A stretch of DNA of 64,000 nt from Epithemia pelagica (GCA_946965045.2 OX337230.1:4030001-4094000), one strand, 5' to 3'. Positions 33,584-45,955 are shown, numbered from the stretch's first letter. Notes: generated by a model from the letters alone, not told the origin. Program-made: numbers and translations.

Positions 33584-36500
33584 ATGTCAACACAACCGAC
33601 GATGGCAGAACAAGAGGAGACACCCCCGGCTCATCCCACACAAGCAGAGAACCCAGACCCTCCACCTGCACAGCAAGACGAGAACCCACCCGCTGCTTTA
33701 GCCCCCCAAGGGAACAACAATCAACAGAATAGGCAACACCCTACCCAAGCCCAACGAACCGAAGCAATTCATCAAGAAATCAAGAAAGAGAAAGACTATG
33801 TCCCCTTCCTCAAAAGTCCACTGAGAGAGCATTTCAAGAATCTGAATATCTACTGGGGAACAGTGAGACACTTGGACTTTTGCCAGTTAACAGAATTACA
33901 AGCAAGACTTGACACCAAAGAAGTTAGCAAAATGGAAGGTATTTCTCAATGCTTTGCTGTACTCAACCAAGCATCAAAAGAGGACCAAACAGCACCCAAA
34001 AAGTCATGGGGATCCATATGTAAGCGTCTTGTGGTGTGCCCGATTTGCTTTGAAGACCCAGACAAGTCTTTTTTCGCCTCTACCATCCTCTGTGGTGTCA
34101 GCAAGCAGAAGAAAAGTGGCTCCTCTTCGAATGTTAGCCAACATATGGATTCTTTCCATCCGCATGTGAAAGAAGAAATGGAACGAAAAAAAAAATTGGA
34201 CCGAAGTCCAATGTAGAAAGCAACCAACCACTTATGACATCCTACAAGGGTTCCATGATGTCAAAGGACGAGGCTAGAATCAAGTTTCAACAATCAATCT
34301 ACCAGTTTGTCAACGACAACGGCTTACCCACTTCAACAGTGGAAAAGAAGTCCTTCCGAGCTATGCTGGAATTCGCCATTCTTAACGCCCAGAAGCTGTC
34401 GACAAAAGATTGTGTCATGAGCAACAAAGCCATCATACGCAAGCGACTTGATTCCTACAACAATTTTCTCCAAACTGTTTCCTCCCTATGCCTGAATGTC
34501 CGGATGGCCTACAAGCTAATTTGTGGCAAAACAATTCCCTTCGCCACAATTTGTCATGACATATGGCAAGGCCATCGAAAAGACATCCTTGGATTGTGCC
34601 TAATGCTGATTGACCCCAGGAATTGCGTGTTTTACAAGATTCCCGTAGGTCTCTGCGAAACAGACGGCCACACAGCAGCCCAAGTGGCGACCCACACACT
34701 AAAAATCCTCACAACCGTTGGAATTACGCAGTCTGACCTCTCCTCTTCCGTAAACGACAATACAAATTCGGCAGTCCTTGCCGGAAAGTACATTGTGGGA
34801 AATCAGACTGGAGGAAAGTGCGATATGCATCGTGCGGAATTAATTCTTAAGCACGCCACCGGCTTGGCTGTACGACGAAGGGGGGGAAGGGTAATCGACC
34901 AGTTTCCCGGATTTGTGGACACATACAAGAAAGCCTTGAAGTTAGCTTCAATCCTGATGACGAAGAGAAAGAAGAGATTCCAGGCATTGAGGGACTACGC
35001 AACAAAAAATCACCAAGTTGTAGTGGAGATCCGTATGCCGAACACAACCAGGGTTCTCGGATGCGCTCTCACATTCCATGATCTCCTACGTGATAAGTAC
35101 GTCATGGATGACTACAATTCACAAGAGTTTTCTGTAGACAAAGACTTCCGCGAGAATTATCTGTCCAAGGAGGACTGGCAGGCCATAGCAGAATTCGAAG
35201 GAATTCTTTCTCCACTCAAGAAATGCGCCATGTCCTTACAAGCAGACGATCCTTCCTCTGCTGCAGGCTCTTTGCTGGAAATCTTTGGTTGCCATCATGG
35301 AATCAAATACCACAAAGACAACGGTGTCTCTGTTCTGCTTGTGAACCCCACAGAACTAGACACAGAGTTCCAACGTTGGGATGCCAGGTTAACCATAGAG
35401 AAACTCCGTTCCAAAAGGAAAAATATCAAGTTTGCAGATTTACTGCCCGCCTCACGGATGCTTATTAACCGGCTTCTACGTGAATTTCGCACCTACATGA
35501 TGAATGGTGACGACGTCCATGCAGAGAATGCTATCTGCGGTCATCCGTTTCTCTGCTACATGGCACCGTACATCCTAAAAAAATCAAGATCTACGACGAC
35601 TACGACGTCTCCAGAATCCAAAAACAATTTGTTGATGACATGGTAGCAAAGTTTTCCACTCCTGAAAGGTTGGCAATGAATGGACCAGCCCCAATGGCCG
35701 GGACAGCCAATGAGGAGGTTGTAGATATAGAAGACGACGACTCGGATGATGACGATGTGTTCAATATTTTTTGGAATCATGGAGAGAATGAAGACAGCAC
35801 GTCCGTGGAAAACAACAATCTTAACACGTTGGACGAGCAGAAGAAGAGCTTTAGAGAACAATGTAACAACAAATTCAAGGGGTTCAAGGATTACTGTCAG
35901 CGCATTATCCACAGTTCCTGGGAATCGTTGATTAGGGAGTATCCCACCGTTCTTTTTTTCTGAAAAGTCACCAAAATGGACGCCTCAAGAAAAGAAAAAG
36001 TTCAGACGGGCATGTAATGATCAAGATTTCAACAGTGTGGGCAGGTATTTTGATGTCTTACAGTGGTGGCAGGCGAACAAGAGTAATTTCAGGATGATTT
36101 TCCCAAGTGCCCTCGTGTGGCTCTCGAAGCCTTCTACAAACGCTTTCCAAGAGAGGATATCTTCTTTCTCCTCATGGTTTGATAGCAATAGATTGATGAG
36201 GAACGAGCTCAAGAAACATTTCGAGATTCGCACCATGGAGATGGTAACAAGAAAGGTTCGTGGAGAGATTGAGGTTAATGAAATGACCCTGAAAAAGAAA
36301 TCTCAACACACCACAGAGAACGAGGACAAAGCGCAAACCAGGGGTAAGGCCGAGGAGCAAGCTAGGAGTAATGCCACACAGCGCCAGATAAGTCAACAGG
36401 AGCAACTGCAGAACCAACAAAGAACAGCTTCAAGCCAAGAGAGAGACGAGGCCCAGGCCAAAATAGAGGCGGAAGTAATCTCCGTGGTTGATGACAATGA

Positions 36501-37350
36501 CGATGAAGACAACAATGGAACTGACAACGGCAGTGGCGAAGATAATGAAGAACAAAATGAAGCTGTTGAGGAACATGAGCAGGGAACCGATGAAGTCTCG
36601 GTATGGGATTCCATTGCTGAAGGGACCACTCAAGGTCATATGAAACGTCTGAAAACCATTTTGAAGGGTGTAAAAGATATGCAGAAGCACCACAAGGCCC
36701 GGGAACAGATTGAACTTGATGAAGACGAAGGGAACGATGGGATTGTTGGTTCAGAATACGAATACAAATGCAGTGATTCTAATCTGGATTTGGTACAAAA
36801 ATTCGATGACGTAGTGCTCATTGATATAGTGGACGAAGGGGACAAGGAACAAATGGAATGCATGGGTCGTCTTGGGAAAGACAAGGACCCATTTCAGTCA
36901 GATAGTGATGCTTGCATCATTGAGGCGGTCAAACTACAACAAATGAACTTGATGGCTGGTTCTAGTATTTCTGCATCTTCAAATCGAACAATGAATCCCA
37001 CTACATCGACGACAGATCAAGGCAACAGTACCAGTGCAAGTGTTCAAGGAAGTGTGACAGGAATTGTTTCGACGACAACTCCTGCTACACACAGTACCAC
37101 ACCAACAACCCAAAGACCCACCACCTTATCAAAAAGGAAGGCAACAACTCAAACGAGTGCATCTTCCAAAAGAGTGCGCCAACAATCCATTCAAGAATCG
37201 GCATCTCGAACAAAGTCCAAGTCCAAATCGTCGAGAGCAAAGAAACCACCTCCTGCAGAACACATCGGAGAGCAGCAAGAAGAACAACGACAACAACAAC
37301 GATGGACAAGTCTGCAACGCCGCACCAATAACAGTAATGAAAACCACTGA
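33584..37350 (+). CDS. hAT transposase (~1250 aa once three homopolymer frameshifts are corrected)
   Basis: BED-like finger CPIC...HMDSFH, catalytic-type CHDIW and VNDNT, CDMH (CxxH), NTTRV, and dimerisation-domain WW...PSTNAFQERISS. Frame changes fall in A10 (34186-95), A7 (35577-83) and T7 (35953-59) runs. Confidence 0.85.
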
Positions 37351-37493
37351 TAAATACAGAACATGACGGAACAGAAAACGAAAAAGACTACATACGACTA
37401 CATACGAGAACGACTTCATACAAGATACATGCGAGAACCAAAAAGAAAAAGAACAAACAAGGAAAAACAGATAGTAACTAATAAGAAATTGAC

Positions 37494-39361
37494 TCATGAG
37501 GAACTGCAATAGGACCGATACAAATGAAGGAAATTGTTGTGTAGGTTGTAGATCTCTTTGCTGTCTAAGAGTTTCTTCTTATGGTCTTTGTCAAGACGAC
37601 GGACTGTGAAATCCATCTGGATTTCTGCACATTGGTGACGTGTCTTTGGGTCTTGTATTAGTTGCCCGAGCGCTCCAAACATTGGGTTGACCCATTCCCA
37701 GTACTCCTTTGGAATCCAAGACTCCAACAAAGCCGAGCACATGTCTGGGTCGTTGCATGATTTGGGGATCCATCCCAGGGCTCGAGAGCAGCGATGTACA
37801 TGCACATCAGTTGGAATTCCGTCAATTCTTTGAAATGCAAATGCCAAGACAATTGTGGCAGTCTTGTACCCAACCCCATGCAGACACGTTAGTTCTTGCA
37901 CCGTAATGGTTTCTGGTATAATTCCAGAATGCCGTTGGATGAAGTAGTCTGCTGCGTTGACAATAGCCTCAGCATTCTTATAATATAGACCAGTCTCTGC
38001 CAATAGGGAACATACAGCGTCCATCCCATAGTTGAGTGCAATGTCACTGGTTGCCCGACTAGAGACAAACCCACATTGGAACAAAGTGGGTACCACTTTA
38101 GCTAATTGTTTGTCGCTTGTGCTGGAACTCATAAGAATCACAACCAAGCACATGAAGGCTCGGTCGGATTCTGGTGAGAGATGGTCGTTAATCCAGTCTT
38201 CCCAACTGTCTCTTGGAGCTTCCAGACCTTTGGAAAGGAAATGTTCATGAAACTTTTTCAAATACTGCAAGTCAACAACCCTCTTTCTCAAAGTCTGTTC
38301 AGATATTGGGGGGGGGGGGGGGGGGGGCAACTTTTTGTTTTGTTGTACAAGGAGAGATCATTGGGTTTCAAACGAACAGGTTGACCAGGCATGTGTCGAA
38401 TATTGTTCTTATCTTTGATAATCTGAGAATAAGGTGGGTTGCTGTGTTTGGCAACAGAAGATCGCTTTGTCGGAGTGTCAGGCTTTGGCTTTGCAACAGC
38501 GATTTCTTGTGATGATGAGTTGTGTTTTGCATTGACTGGAGATGGTTTTGTCGATTGAGATGGTGATGTGGGTGGAGATGGTCCATCAATGGGGAAGGAA
38601 TCAGCAGGTACAATCGAATCTGGAGGAGTAGTTACTGGAGTAGACAGAATGGTTGGATCTCCTTGGGATATAATCTTGTTGGATATTTTGGACAACATTG
38701 ATGTAGCAATGCATTGTAAGAGAGGATCGATAGAGACTGGGTGAATTGTTCTGTTGTGTGATGTAGAAACAGAAATGAGTGCATCACGATGTATCATCCA
38801 CTCCAGAGTATAGTCTTCCATCGATTGAACATTGAGGTCTTCTTGAGTATCAATTTGCCCATTCAACAATACATATTCAATTGCTTCTTTGTATCCAATG
38901 TCGTCGGTGCCGACTTCATACATAGGTTGACAGCTGCAGTGGAGGTGCAATACTGGGAAATCATCTTTAGGCCGGCTCATTTTGAACTTGGGGTTGCTCA
39001 ACAGGAAGTTGGTGGGAATTTCTTGCGAGGGATATAAACCATGGTGAACCAGTAATAAGATAAGGTAGATGGATTGGTCCATAGAAAGAGATGGCTTGAT
39101 CTGACATGGATGGCTTGTCAGAATATCAAGAGAGCACGAAGTGTAGCGAATTGAAGCATCTTCTCGAATGAGCCAAACAAGAATGGTGTCTTGTATTGCT
39201 TCCATTCTCAAATCAAAAGACATGGTTGACAAGTCTGGGAGTTCTTCTCGAATGAATTTGAAAAATGAGTGTGGAGCTTGAGAGAGAGAAACAACAGGAG
39301 AGCATATGCTTGACAAAGATATTGTTGGGCGACAACTACTTGGGTATTGTTGGGAGCTCAT
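37494..39361 (-). CDS. HhH-GPD (endonuclease III/NTH1-like) DNA glycosylase with uncharacterised N-terminal domain, inside the hAT element
   Basis: FMCLVVILMSSSTSDK, TGLYYKNAEAI, HhH LHGVGYKTA (catalytic Lys), IPTDVHVHR (catalytic Asp); only one Cys where the FeS motif would be. ORFs 38288-39490 and 37494-38330 join through a C20 run (38308-27) and would fuse in frame with 18 or 21 C (~620 aa). An alternative upstream ATG is at 39490. Confidence 0.85.
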
Positions 39362-40071
39362 TGAGACAATAGGTACGATAAAATGTGACGACTGAGAGTA
39401 TACGATGTACAATGGTGTAAGATGGAAGACATCAGGAATATGGACAAGCTCCACAAAGGAGTGTGTTGCTGTTTGTCGATACTGAAACATACAGGCGTAC
39501 CTAACATCTTCTTAGTTGTATGTTGTACGACTATAATGGTGGAGAAAGGATAAGGAGTACAGTGTGTGACTGTGAGTCATAATTCAGAGAATGAATGGAA
39601 TTTGTGAATGTGTAATTCATTTGTTCTGAATGGTGGTGTGAATTGGGAATGATTCATTCAATTCAAATTCGTTCGAAAAGGGAATTGGGATTGGAATTTA
39701 ATTCCAATTGGTTCGAAAAGGGAATTGGGGATTGAATTCAATTCAAAGGGTATGAAATAGGGGAATAGTAAAGTTAAGTGAATTTATTGATTGTAAACAT
39801 AATTGACTTTGGTAATTAAGTTCATTTACTATGCGTAAATTAGTACACTTTCAAGATTAATTCAATTGTGTATATGTCGTGAAGTGAATCGTTAATTCTT
39901 AATTTAATTCTAAACTGATTGGAAAAGTGAATAATCAATCTACATTCAAGTTTAGATGGCACATAAAATGACTTCCAGACCCTGGTAAGGACGGCAAATC
40001 GCACCTTTTTCCAAACAAATCCTGGAAAGGTCTTCACAGGTTTGGTTTGGTTCGGCGTAAGGAACGGCCTA

Positions 40072-41811
40072 AGGGCTGGGTCATCGATTTGACTGCACGT
40101 TTTGAAAATGCTAAGGGGCCGTATAGGGTTAAGGATTTCATCATAGATTTTCAAATTACGCGGTGATTTCCCTCACATTTTCTTTCGCAATGACCATGGC
40201 GGTCTTCCATTGTTGATTGTGAGCCCCGTAGTCAAAAGTAACTGCACAAAATATCATAGGGAGCAAGATAAGTCTTCAAGGAACACATTGATGCCATTTT
40301 GTGCAGTTACTTTTTCGAAATGAGCTCTAAAATGGAAGATTCCGAAGCCATCACGAAAGCTCTACAACGTAGTTGAATGATCAGGACAAAGAGATGCTAC
40401 TCAGCGCAGATCAACTTGCACCTTAGTGATCTTGCAAATCCTTTCCTCCATTGATGCTTCTGTCAGTGATCCAGTCCACATGCCCTGACCCTCTTTCGAT
40501 GTTTTACCAACTAGATTCTTGTACCTTTTAGGCCTATGTGGGAGAAGTGGAAAGTCTTCAGTCGAGAAGCACCCTTATCTCTTATATTTCATGCAGATGG
40601 CTCTACCTAGCTTGCCACAGATGATAATGTAGGTGTTACAACATCCCGTCTTTTTCAATGACTCGAATGCTGGACCAAAGTTGGGCAGGCAAAGGGCGAC
40701 TCTCTGATGTTGGCCAACTCGGGTCTGAGGCATTTCTGCCGCTCCTGTCTTTTAACCATATGCTCTCGATCTCCAGTACTGTCGTGAAGAGACTTCCAAT
40801 ATGGATGGAAGCAGCCCACTCAGTCGCACAGCTTTTTGTTGGAAGTGGAGCATCGGTGGGAGGGTATAGCCATGGTTCGCCTAAAAATTGCGGAGCAAGA
40901 CGTAGACGTAGACACAAAACTTGCTGATCAATCTCTCCACGTGCTCATCCTTCTTGTTGGTCACATACATCAATCTCTCGTCAGCTCCATTATTCCGCAC
41001 CTTACGAACATTCTTCATGGGAAGTTGACTCTGAAGTTTAGCACTGGGCAACTCAAGAGGTCACATCCTCGGTCGTGGACAAAGTCACGTTTGGAGACGA
41101 TAGTGGAGATGCTGGCTGTGCCTTCGAAGAGATGTCGACCAAGTCTGTCGTGTTCCCTCTTCTGGAATTCACCTGGATATGGACTAGGCAAACCAGTGGG
41201 CAAATGGCACGGCCTCGAGGCAAGCCTGGTGTCGATTACCGCATAAAATAGAGAATTGATGAAACACAGATACTTCTGAGAACAAAGAATACAATGTAGG
41301 TCAAGACTTTGGTGCTTACCATTGCTTGAAATGTGCCAGAAGAGCCTCTGTTACGTCGTTTCTCGTTGATTGTTGTGTGCTAACGTGCAAAACAGAGCTG
41401 TTTGTGAGTGATAAGCTATCTAAAGCTGCACTTCCCCCTCCACACCCATCACTCCACATCGCTTTGAATACTACTGAAGAAGAACAGGAAGAAGTATCAG
41501 GGTGTGAGAAAGTGAAATAGACGAATAGCAACGTAAATGGTGCAGCACAAGCAAAATGGTAAAAAATCACAGAGCAACGCAGATGAACGACTTCATCTCT
41601 ACCGCCCCTACGATTTTTCGCACGAAACTCACACATCGTATCTAATGCATACTTGTTTTGACACTCACGAAGCTACGACCTCTATCCGAGTCTTGATCTG
41701 ATGAACGGCGGCATCAAATGCGGGGCGTCATGGTGAGGTGGTGATTTTAATATTTATAACTTTGACCCTAGTGAAAATTAAAACGTGCAGTCAAATCGAT
41801 GACCGAGCCCT
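40072..41811. mobile_element. 1.74-kb non-autonomous TIR element related to the AGGGCTGGGT MITE family
   Basis: 32-bp TIRs AGGGCT(G/C)GGTCATCGATTTGACTGCACGTTTT at 40072-40103 and 41780-41811. Flanks are TA (left) and TG (right), so the TSD is imperfect. No recognisable transposase inside. Confidence 0.75.
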
Positions 41812-42692
41812 TGCCGAAAACGGACGGACACTAGAGTAAAAAGTACAATTGAGCAAACATGGCGGTTGATGAAACGGTTAAATATATATGGCAATGATAT
41901 AGCAATGATTATTTTAATGGTCAGTCATGGTATGATTTGCAGGTGCACCTCCAACCGCATAAAATGTGAGTGGCGACTCACCCTTGACGTATCGTTACTA
42001 AAAATGTAAGACTCCCAACCATCAATCTATGACCTCTACAAGCCATTTTTCTGTCGAAGCCTGTAATTTGACGTTGAATGACGTTACAATACGAGCTCCC
42101 TGCTCACGATCGCACCACTGTTTGATCGCTGCAAAATAGCACCACCATCACCATGAACAGTAAAGCCGCAGTGCACCTCCAACGAAAGGTGCTAGCACTC
42201 CTCCGACCATTAAGCATGCCTCAGAATGGAGTGTACCGTGAAGGTTGAAAAGGGCGGCGATGAGTTGGATAGTTTGATCGAGCTACAACTACATTTGCAA
42301 TGTCTTCCAGTTTGATAAGTGATGAGGGAAAGTCGTGACAAGAATATCAACAATGGAGACAGATAACGATGGAAAGATAAAGATCACAACGGAGGAACGA
42401 CGGAGAAGATTCAATTCGGGTCAAGGAATGATGGACGACCCGGAAATTGAAACACGGCAATCAGACGGGTGGTTTTGAAGCATCAAGGAAGTATCTGTCA
42501 GAAGACAACGATACAGCTTCTGTTGTCGGTGACAATGGTGGCGGTGCTGCTGCTGCTTCGAGTGGATACCGTGGAGCTGTGGTGGCAGTCGAAGATCGCG
42601 TGGTCGTTCTTCTCCTTCCGCCATGCGACAAACGTTGAGTCACATAGCGTCGTTATTGACGAGCGGCCACAACGACCAGGACTGGACGAAAA

Positions 42693-43457
42693 TCGGCGGC
42701 CGCGACACGTGGTTTGTTGGAGGGTCGATTGCGCGAGTTGACCCAGATACCTTCTCGGACCGTCCGACGCGCCTTTGGACCCTACCTCTTGCCCGTCACG
42801 TCCACGCAAATTGGTCGCGTCTCATGTTATGTCGCCATGAGTCATGTCGTATCCAGTACCATGGGTACCTTGGCCATGGGGGCTCAACAAGTCATTTTGA
42901 GCTTTTTTTATCGCATTACGCCCCTCGCCGATTCTCTTGGATTGACGGCCCAATCCTTTGTGCCGCCCCTCTTGACGGACGACACTACGAACGAACCACC
43001 GTGGCACCGACAGCATCGCGCTCGGGCCTTGCGCCAAACCATGACGAATTTGGCCAAGGTGGGGGTCGTCTTGGGTGGCTTCATGGTGGCGGCCATGTCG
43101 AGTATTCCCTTCTTGGCACAATGGTCCACGTCCGATCCGGCCGTCTTGGCCGTCGTGGCCGAAACCATTCCCTACTTGGCCGCTGCCTCGCTGGTTCATC
43201 CCACGGTCACAGCCTTTGAAGGACTCTTGTTGGGACGCAAGGATTTGGCCTTTGTCGGCAAATTGTATACGGCCTGGTTTTTGCTGGTGCCTACAGCCAT
43301 GTTGCGACTCAAGCAACTGCCAGGCGTGCCTCAATTGGCGTCCGTCTGGCAAGTCTTTTTTGTCTATCAACTCGTGCGGTGTACGACCTGGGTGGGTCGA
43401 TCGCTCCTTCTGCAACGACGCACTGAACGCGAGGCCGCACGCTCCTTACAACCATGA
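42693..43457 (+). pseudogene. 5'-truncated duplicate of the MATE gene (C-terminal half, frame still open, 247 aa)
   Basis: High identity to the reverse complement of 1-390 (positions 1-60 match 43022-43081 exactly). No N-terminal half is present upstream. Confidence 0.85.
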
Positions 43458-43840
43458 GAGAGGAGAGGACTTGGGAGATGACGTACTCCTTCTACTACTT
43501 GCATGTCGCTCGCACGTTTCATAACACGACACACGATGTTGGGACCCAAATAATGAGGCGCATTCATGGATGATATATTCCTTGGTTGGTTGTATCTCTT
43601 GTTGTTGTTGTTGTCTCGTTGGGACGAGGCAGTTTCGTCCTTTGGATATTCTTTGAATCAGTGACACGCTCCGGAACGTGTTGCTGCAGACTCTTGGACA
43701 AACCAATCCAGTGCTCAAGTTATTATAAGTGCTATCTTTTAGGGAAGTACGTTATATCGTTGGTCTTTATTGATCTTGTCACGAGACGGATTCCAAAGGG
43801 TTGTCGTCGTGTTTGTCTGCTTCTAATAATTCAATAAAAT

Positions 43841-45955
43841 TCACACACTCGTAACATTCTCTTGATCAGTTTCCTTGGACACAAAGACAGGGCTCTTAGT
43901 TTCTTTCTCAATGACCCTGCAAGCTTGGAAACTGTCCATTGTGGTTTTGACAAAGCCATTCGCGTCGCCTGGTGGAATTTCCTCTAGATCGGCAAGGTCG
44001 TACAAAATGACATGCTTTTCTCCGTCTTCCGTTGTATAGTACCCAACATGACGCCATCTTACGTCGTCCTCCTTGTATCGACGGCCATTGCGTAGAAATT
44101 GTTCATCAAGAACTTTTTCCATACTGTCCAACGTAGAAGAATCGACTCGCTCATTCTTTGTCAAAGGATGAATGAATGGCATGACAAGGCATGGTCGACC
44201 AAACAGTTTTGCAGTCTTGACTTTATCCTGGAACAATTCTGGGTAAAAGAGGAGGAGAAGGTCCTTTTCCCGTTCCACTGCTGCAGTTGCAACAGTCTGA
44301 AATGCCGAATCGTCGAGACTCTCATAGTGGTCACCATACCTCTTGACGTAAACTTTAATGGCAACGTGCTCTCCATCCGAGGTAAGAGCTTGAAAGACGT
44401 TTGAGGTTGAACCCTGACGTATACTTCCAATAATGTAATACGACTGTTTGTCATTGCTGTCAATCGTTTCTTGCTTGGCTGCCCTTGGTTTCAAGGACTG
44501 GTGGTGTTTGCTACTTACGATCTGGCAACCCAGTGTGGCCTGCAACTTTCCCCAGCAGTACTTTTCTTTCTCACCAGCGACAACACAAAGTGTCTTTGGA
44601 AACTCGTACGATTTATTAGCATCGAGCTTGAAGATCTGAGTCGTGGATTTCTTGTACTTTGATTTAGCAATCTTGATTGCATCATACAACATCCTAACGA
44701 GATCATGCGGTCGATGCGAAGTTGTCGAGTATAATTTTCGATCTTGTTTTCGAGTTTGCTCCGCAAGAAAGGTCGACATGGAACTTGTCTCATTCGTCGA
44801 TCCAGTCTTTACATCGGGAGTGGAGACTGGGTTTGAAGAATATCTCGAGTTCCAGCGACACCAGGTGAGGTATCAGTGCACCGCATCGCTGATCTCTTGG
44901 TCTCAGCCACATTGATATTCTTCACAGCTTGATTAGCCGTCTCGGTCTCAACCACGACGTCGTCTTGTAACTGTTCAGCCGAGCAAAGACCATCCGGCTC
45001 CAAGGAGCAAAGATAGGATTCTTTAAAAGACGAAATTACGACGGTCGATGTTCCTTGCCCGAAAGCGGTCATCGCTTGAGCTTGGTCATAGGCATGGCCG
45101 ACAACATTTTCATAATCAATCAACGTCCTCTCAACAGGCTGTTTCACTACGATTGCAACCAATCCGATTCCATCCTCGTCTCGGATCACAATCATGTCCG
45201 GGCGGTACCCGAGAAGACTCCGTTCCAACCTAGGAGATACTTTGTTGGCCGTGACGATACCTGCTTGATCTGCTAGAAAAATACTGTCCCTTACAGCCGC
45301 CAAAATGAAAGAGCAAATGTCTGCCTCGCTCCCATATGCTTTTGGAATCCACTTTCTTCCATCCCTATTCCGAAATTCTTGAACAAGAGCCGATGGGCGT
45401 ATCATGGCGCCTACAACCTACAATGGCTCGGTGGGGACCACGTAGCTTGAACTTGGTGTCAAACACGGGTTGTGCTCCAAAATGGTTGCCCTTGGCGTGA
45501 GAGAAGAGAAATGTCGCATTTTTAACTTTCAAGTTTTCCGCGTTGGCAGTCAACAGTGTTTCAAACGAAAAGCGACGTCGTTCTTCATCTAGTGCCTGTA
45601 GTTGTTCACCTTGTTGTGCCTGTAGTTGTTGATCTAGTGCCTGTAGTTGTTCAGCTCGTGCCTGTGGTTGTTCAGCTCGTGCCTGTAGTTGTGCTTGCAG
45701 TTTCCGAATGGTTTCTTGGAGACGACTCTTGTCTCCGTCATTTGTTGCGGGTTGGTAGTTTCCAAAATTGTTGTAGCCACGAGAAGATTCTTCCTTGTCA
45801 TGGCCGATCCGCGGGTGCTTCCCTCCCCTGCTGATGCCGTGGCTTTTCCCACCAGGACCACCGTAGCGGCCAGCGCCGTTGCTGGTCGAATCACCGTCGT
45901 CGTCGTCATCTCCTAGTGGACGCTTTTGCTTGGTAATGTCGTCGTTGCGATTCAT
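43841..45955 (-). pseudogene. CR-like gene: coiled-coil N-terminus, REase-like domain, divergent kinase-like domain; two frameshifts
   Basis: LQAQLQARAEQ heptad repeats, YRPDMIV...VVKQP, then VAIKVY, CLVMPF, DVRWRHVG, ILYDLAD. Frameshifts come from a 7-bp duplication at 45410-45423 and a 1-bp loss near 44812. Confidence 0.75.

Larger units (their letters stand above)
15432..39984 (+). mobile_element. hAT DNA transposon (~7.0 kb net of nested copia) carrying a transposase and a DNA glycosylase gene
   Basis: 15-bp TIRs CAGGGTCTGGAA(T/G)TC at 15432-15446 and 39970-39984, 8-bp TSD GTAAGGAC at 15424-31 and 39985-92, AT-rich GAATT/AATTC-rich subterminal regions at both ends, and an internal hAT transposase. 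Confidence 0.93.
15039..40069. mobile_element. PIF/Harbinger-like MITE (~470 bp net), split by the hAT insertion
   Basis: 33-bp TIRs GGCCGTTCCTTACGCC(A/G)AACCAAACCAAACCTG at 15039-15071 and 40037-40069, TAA TSD at 15036-38 and 40070-72, and repeated CAAACCTG/CAGGTTTG subterminal motifs. Confidence 0.88.

Noticed and set aside
40200-41700. Short ORFs inside the 1.74-kb TIR element as transposase remnants
   Set aside because: No DDE or DNA-binding motif recognised in any frame I read.
15201-41772. CACTAGGGATAAAGTT (~15203) and inverted CACTAGGGTCAAAGTT (~41757-72) as TIRs of another hAT
   Set aside because: No 8-bp TSD, and the span would cross rather than nest within elements that have proven ends.
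42000-42690. Possible degraded gene upstream of the MATE fragment
   Set aside because: Short interrupted frames with no recognisable motif.
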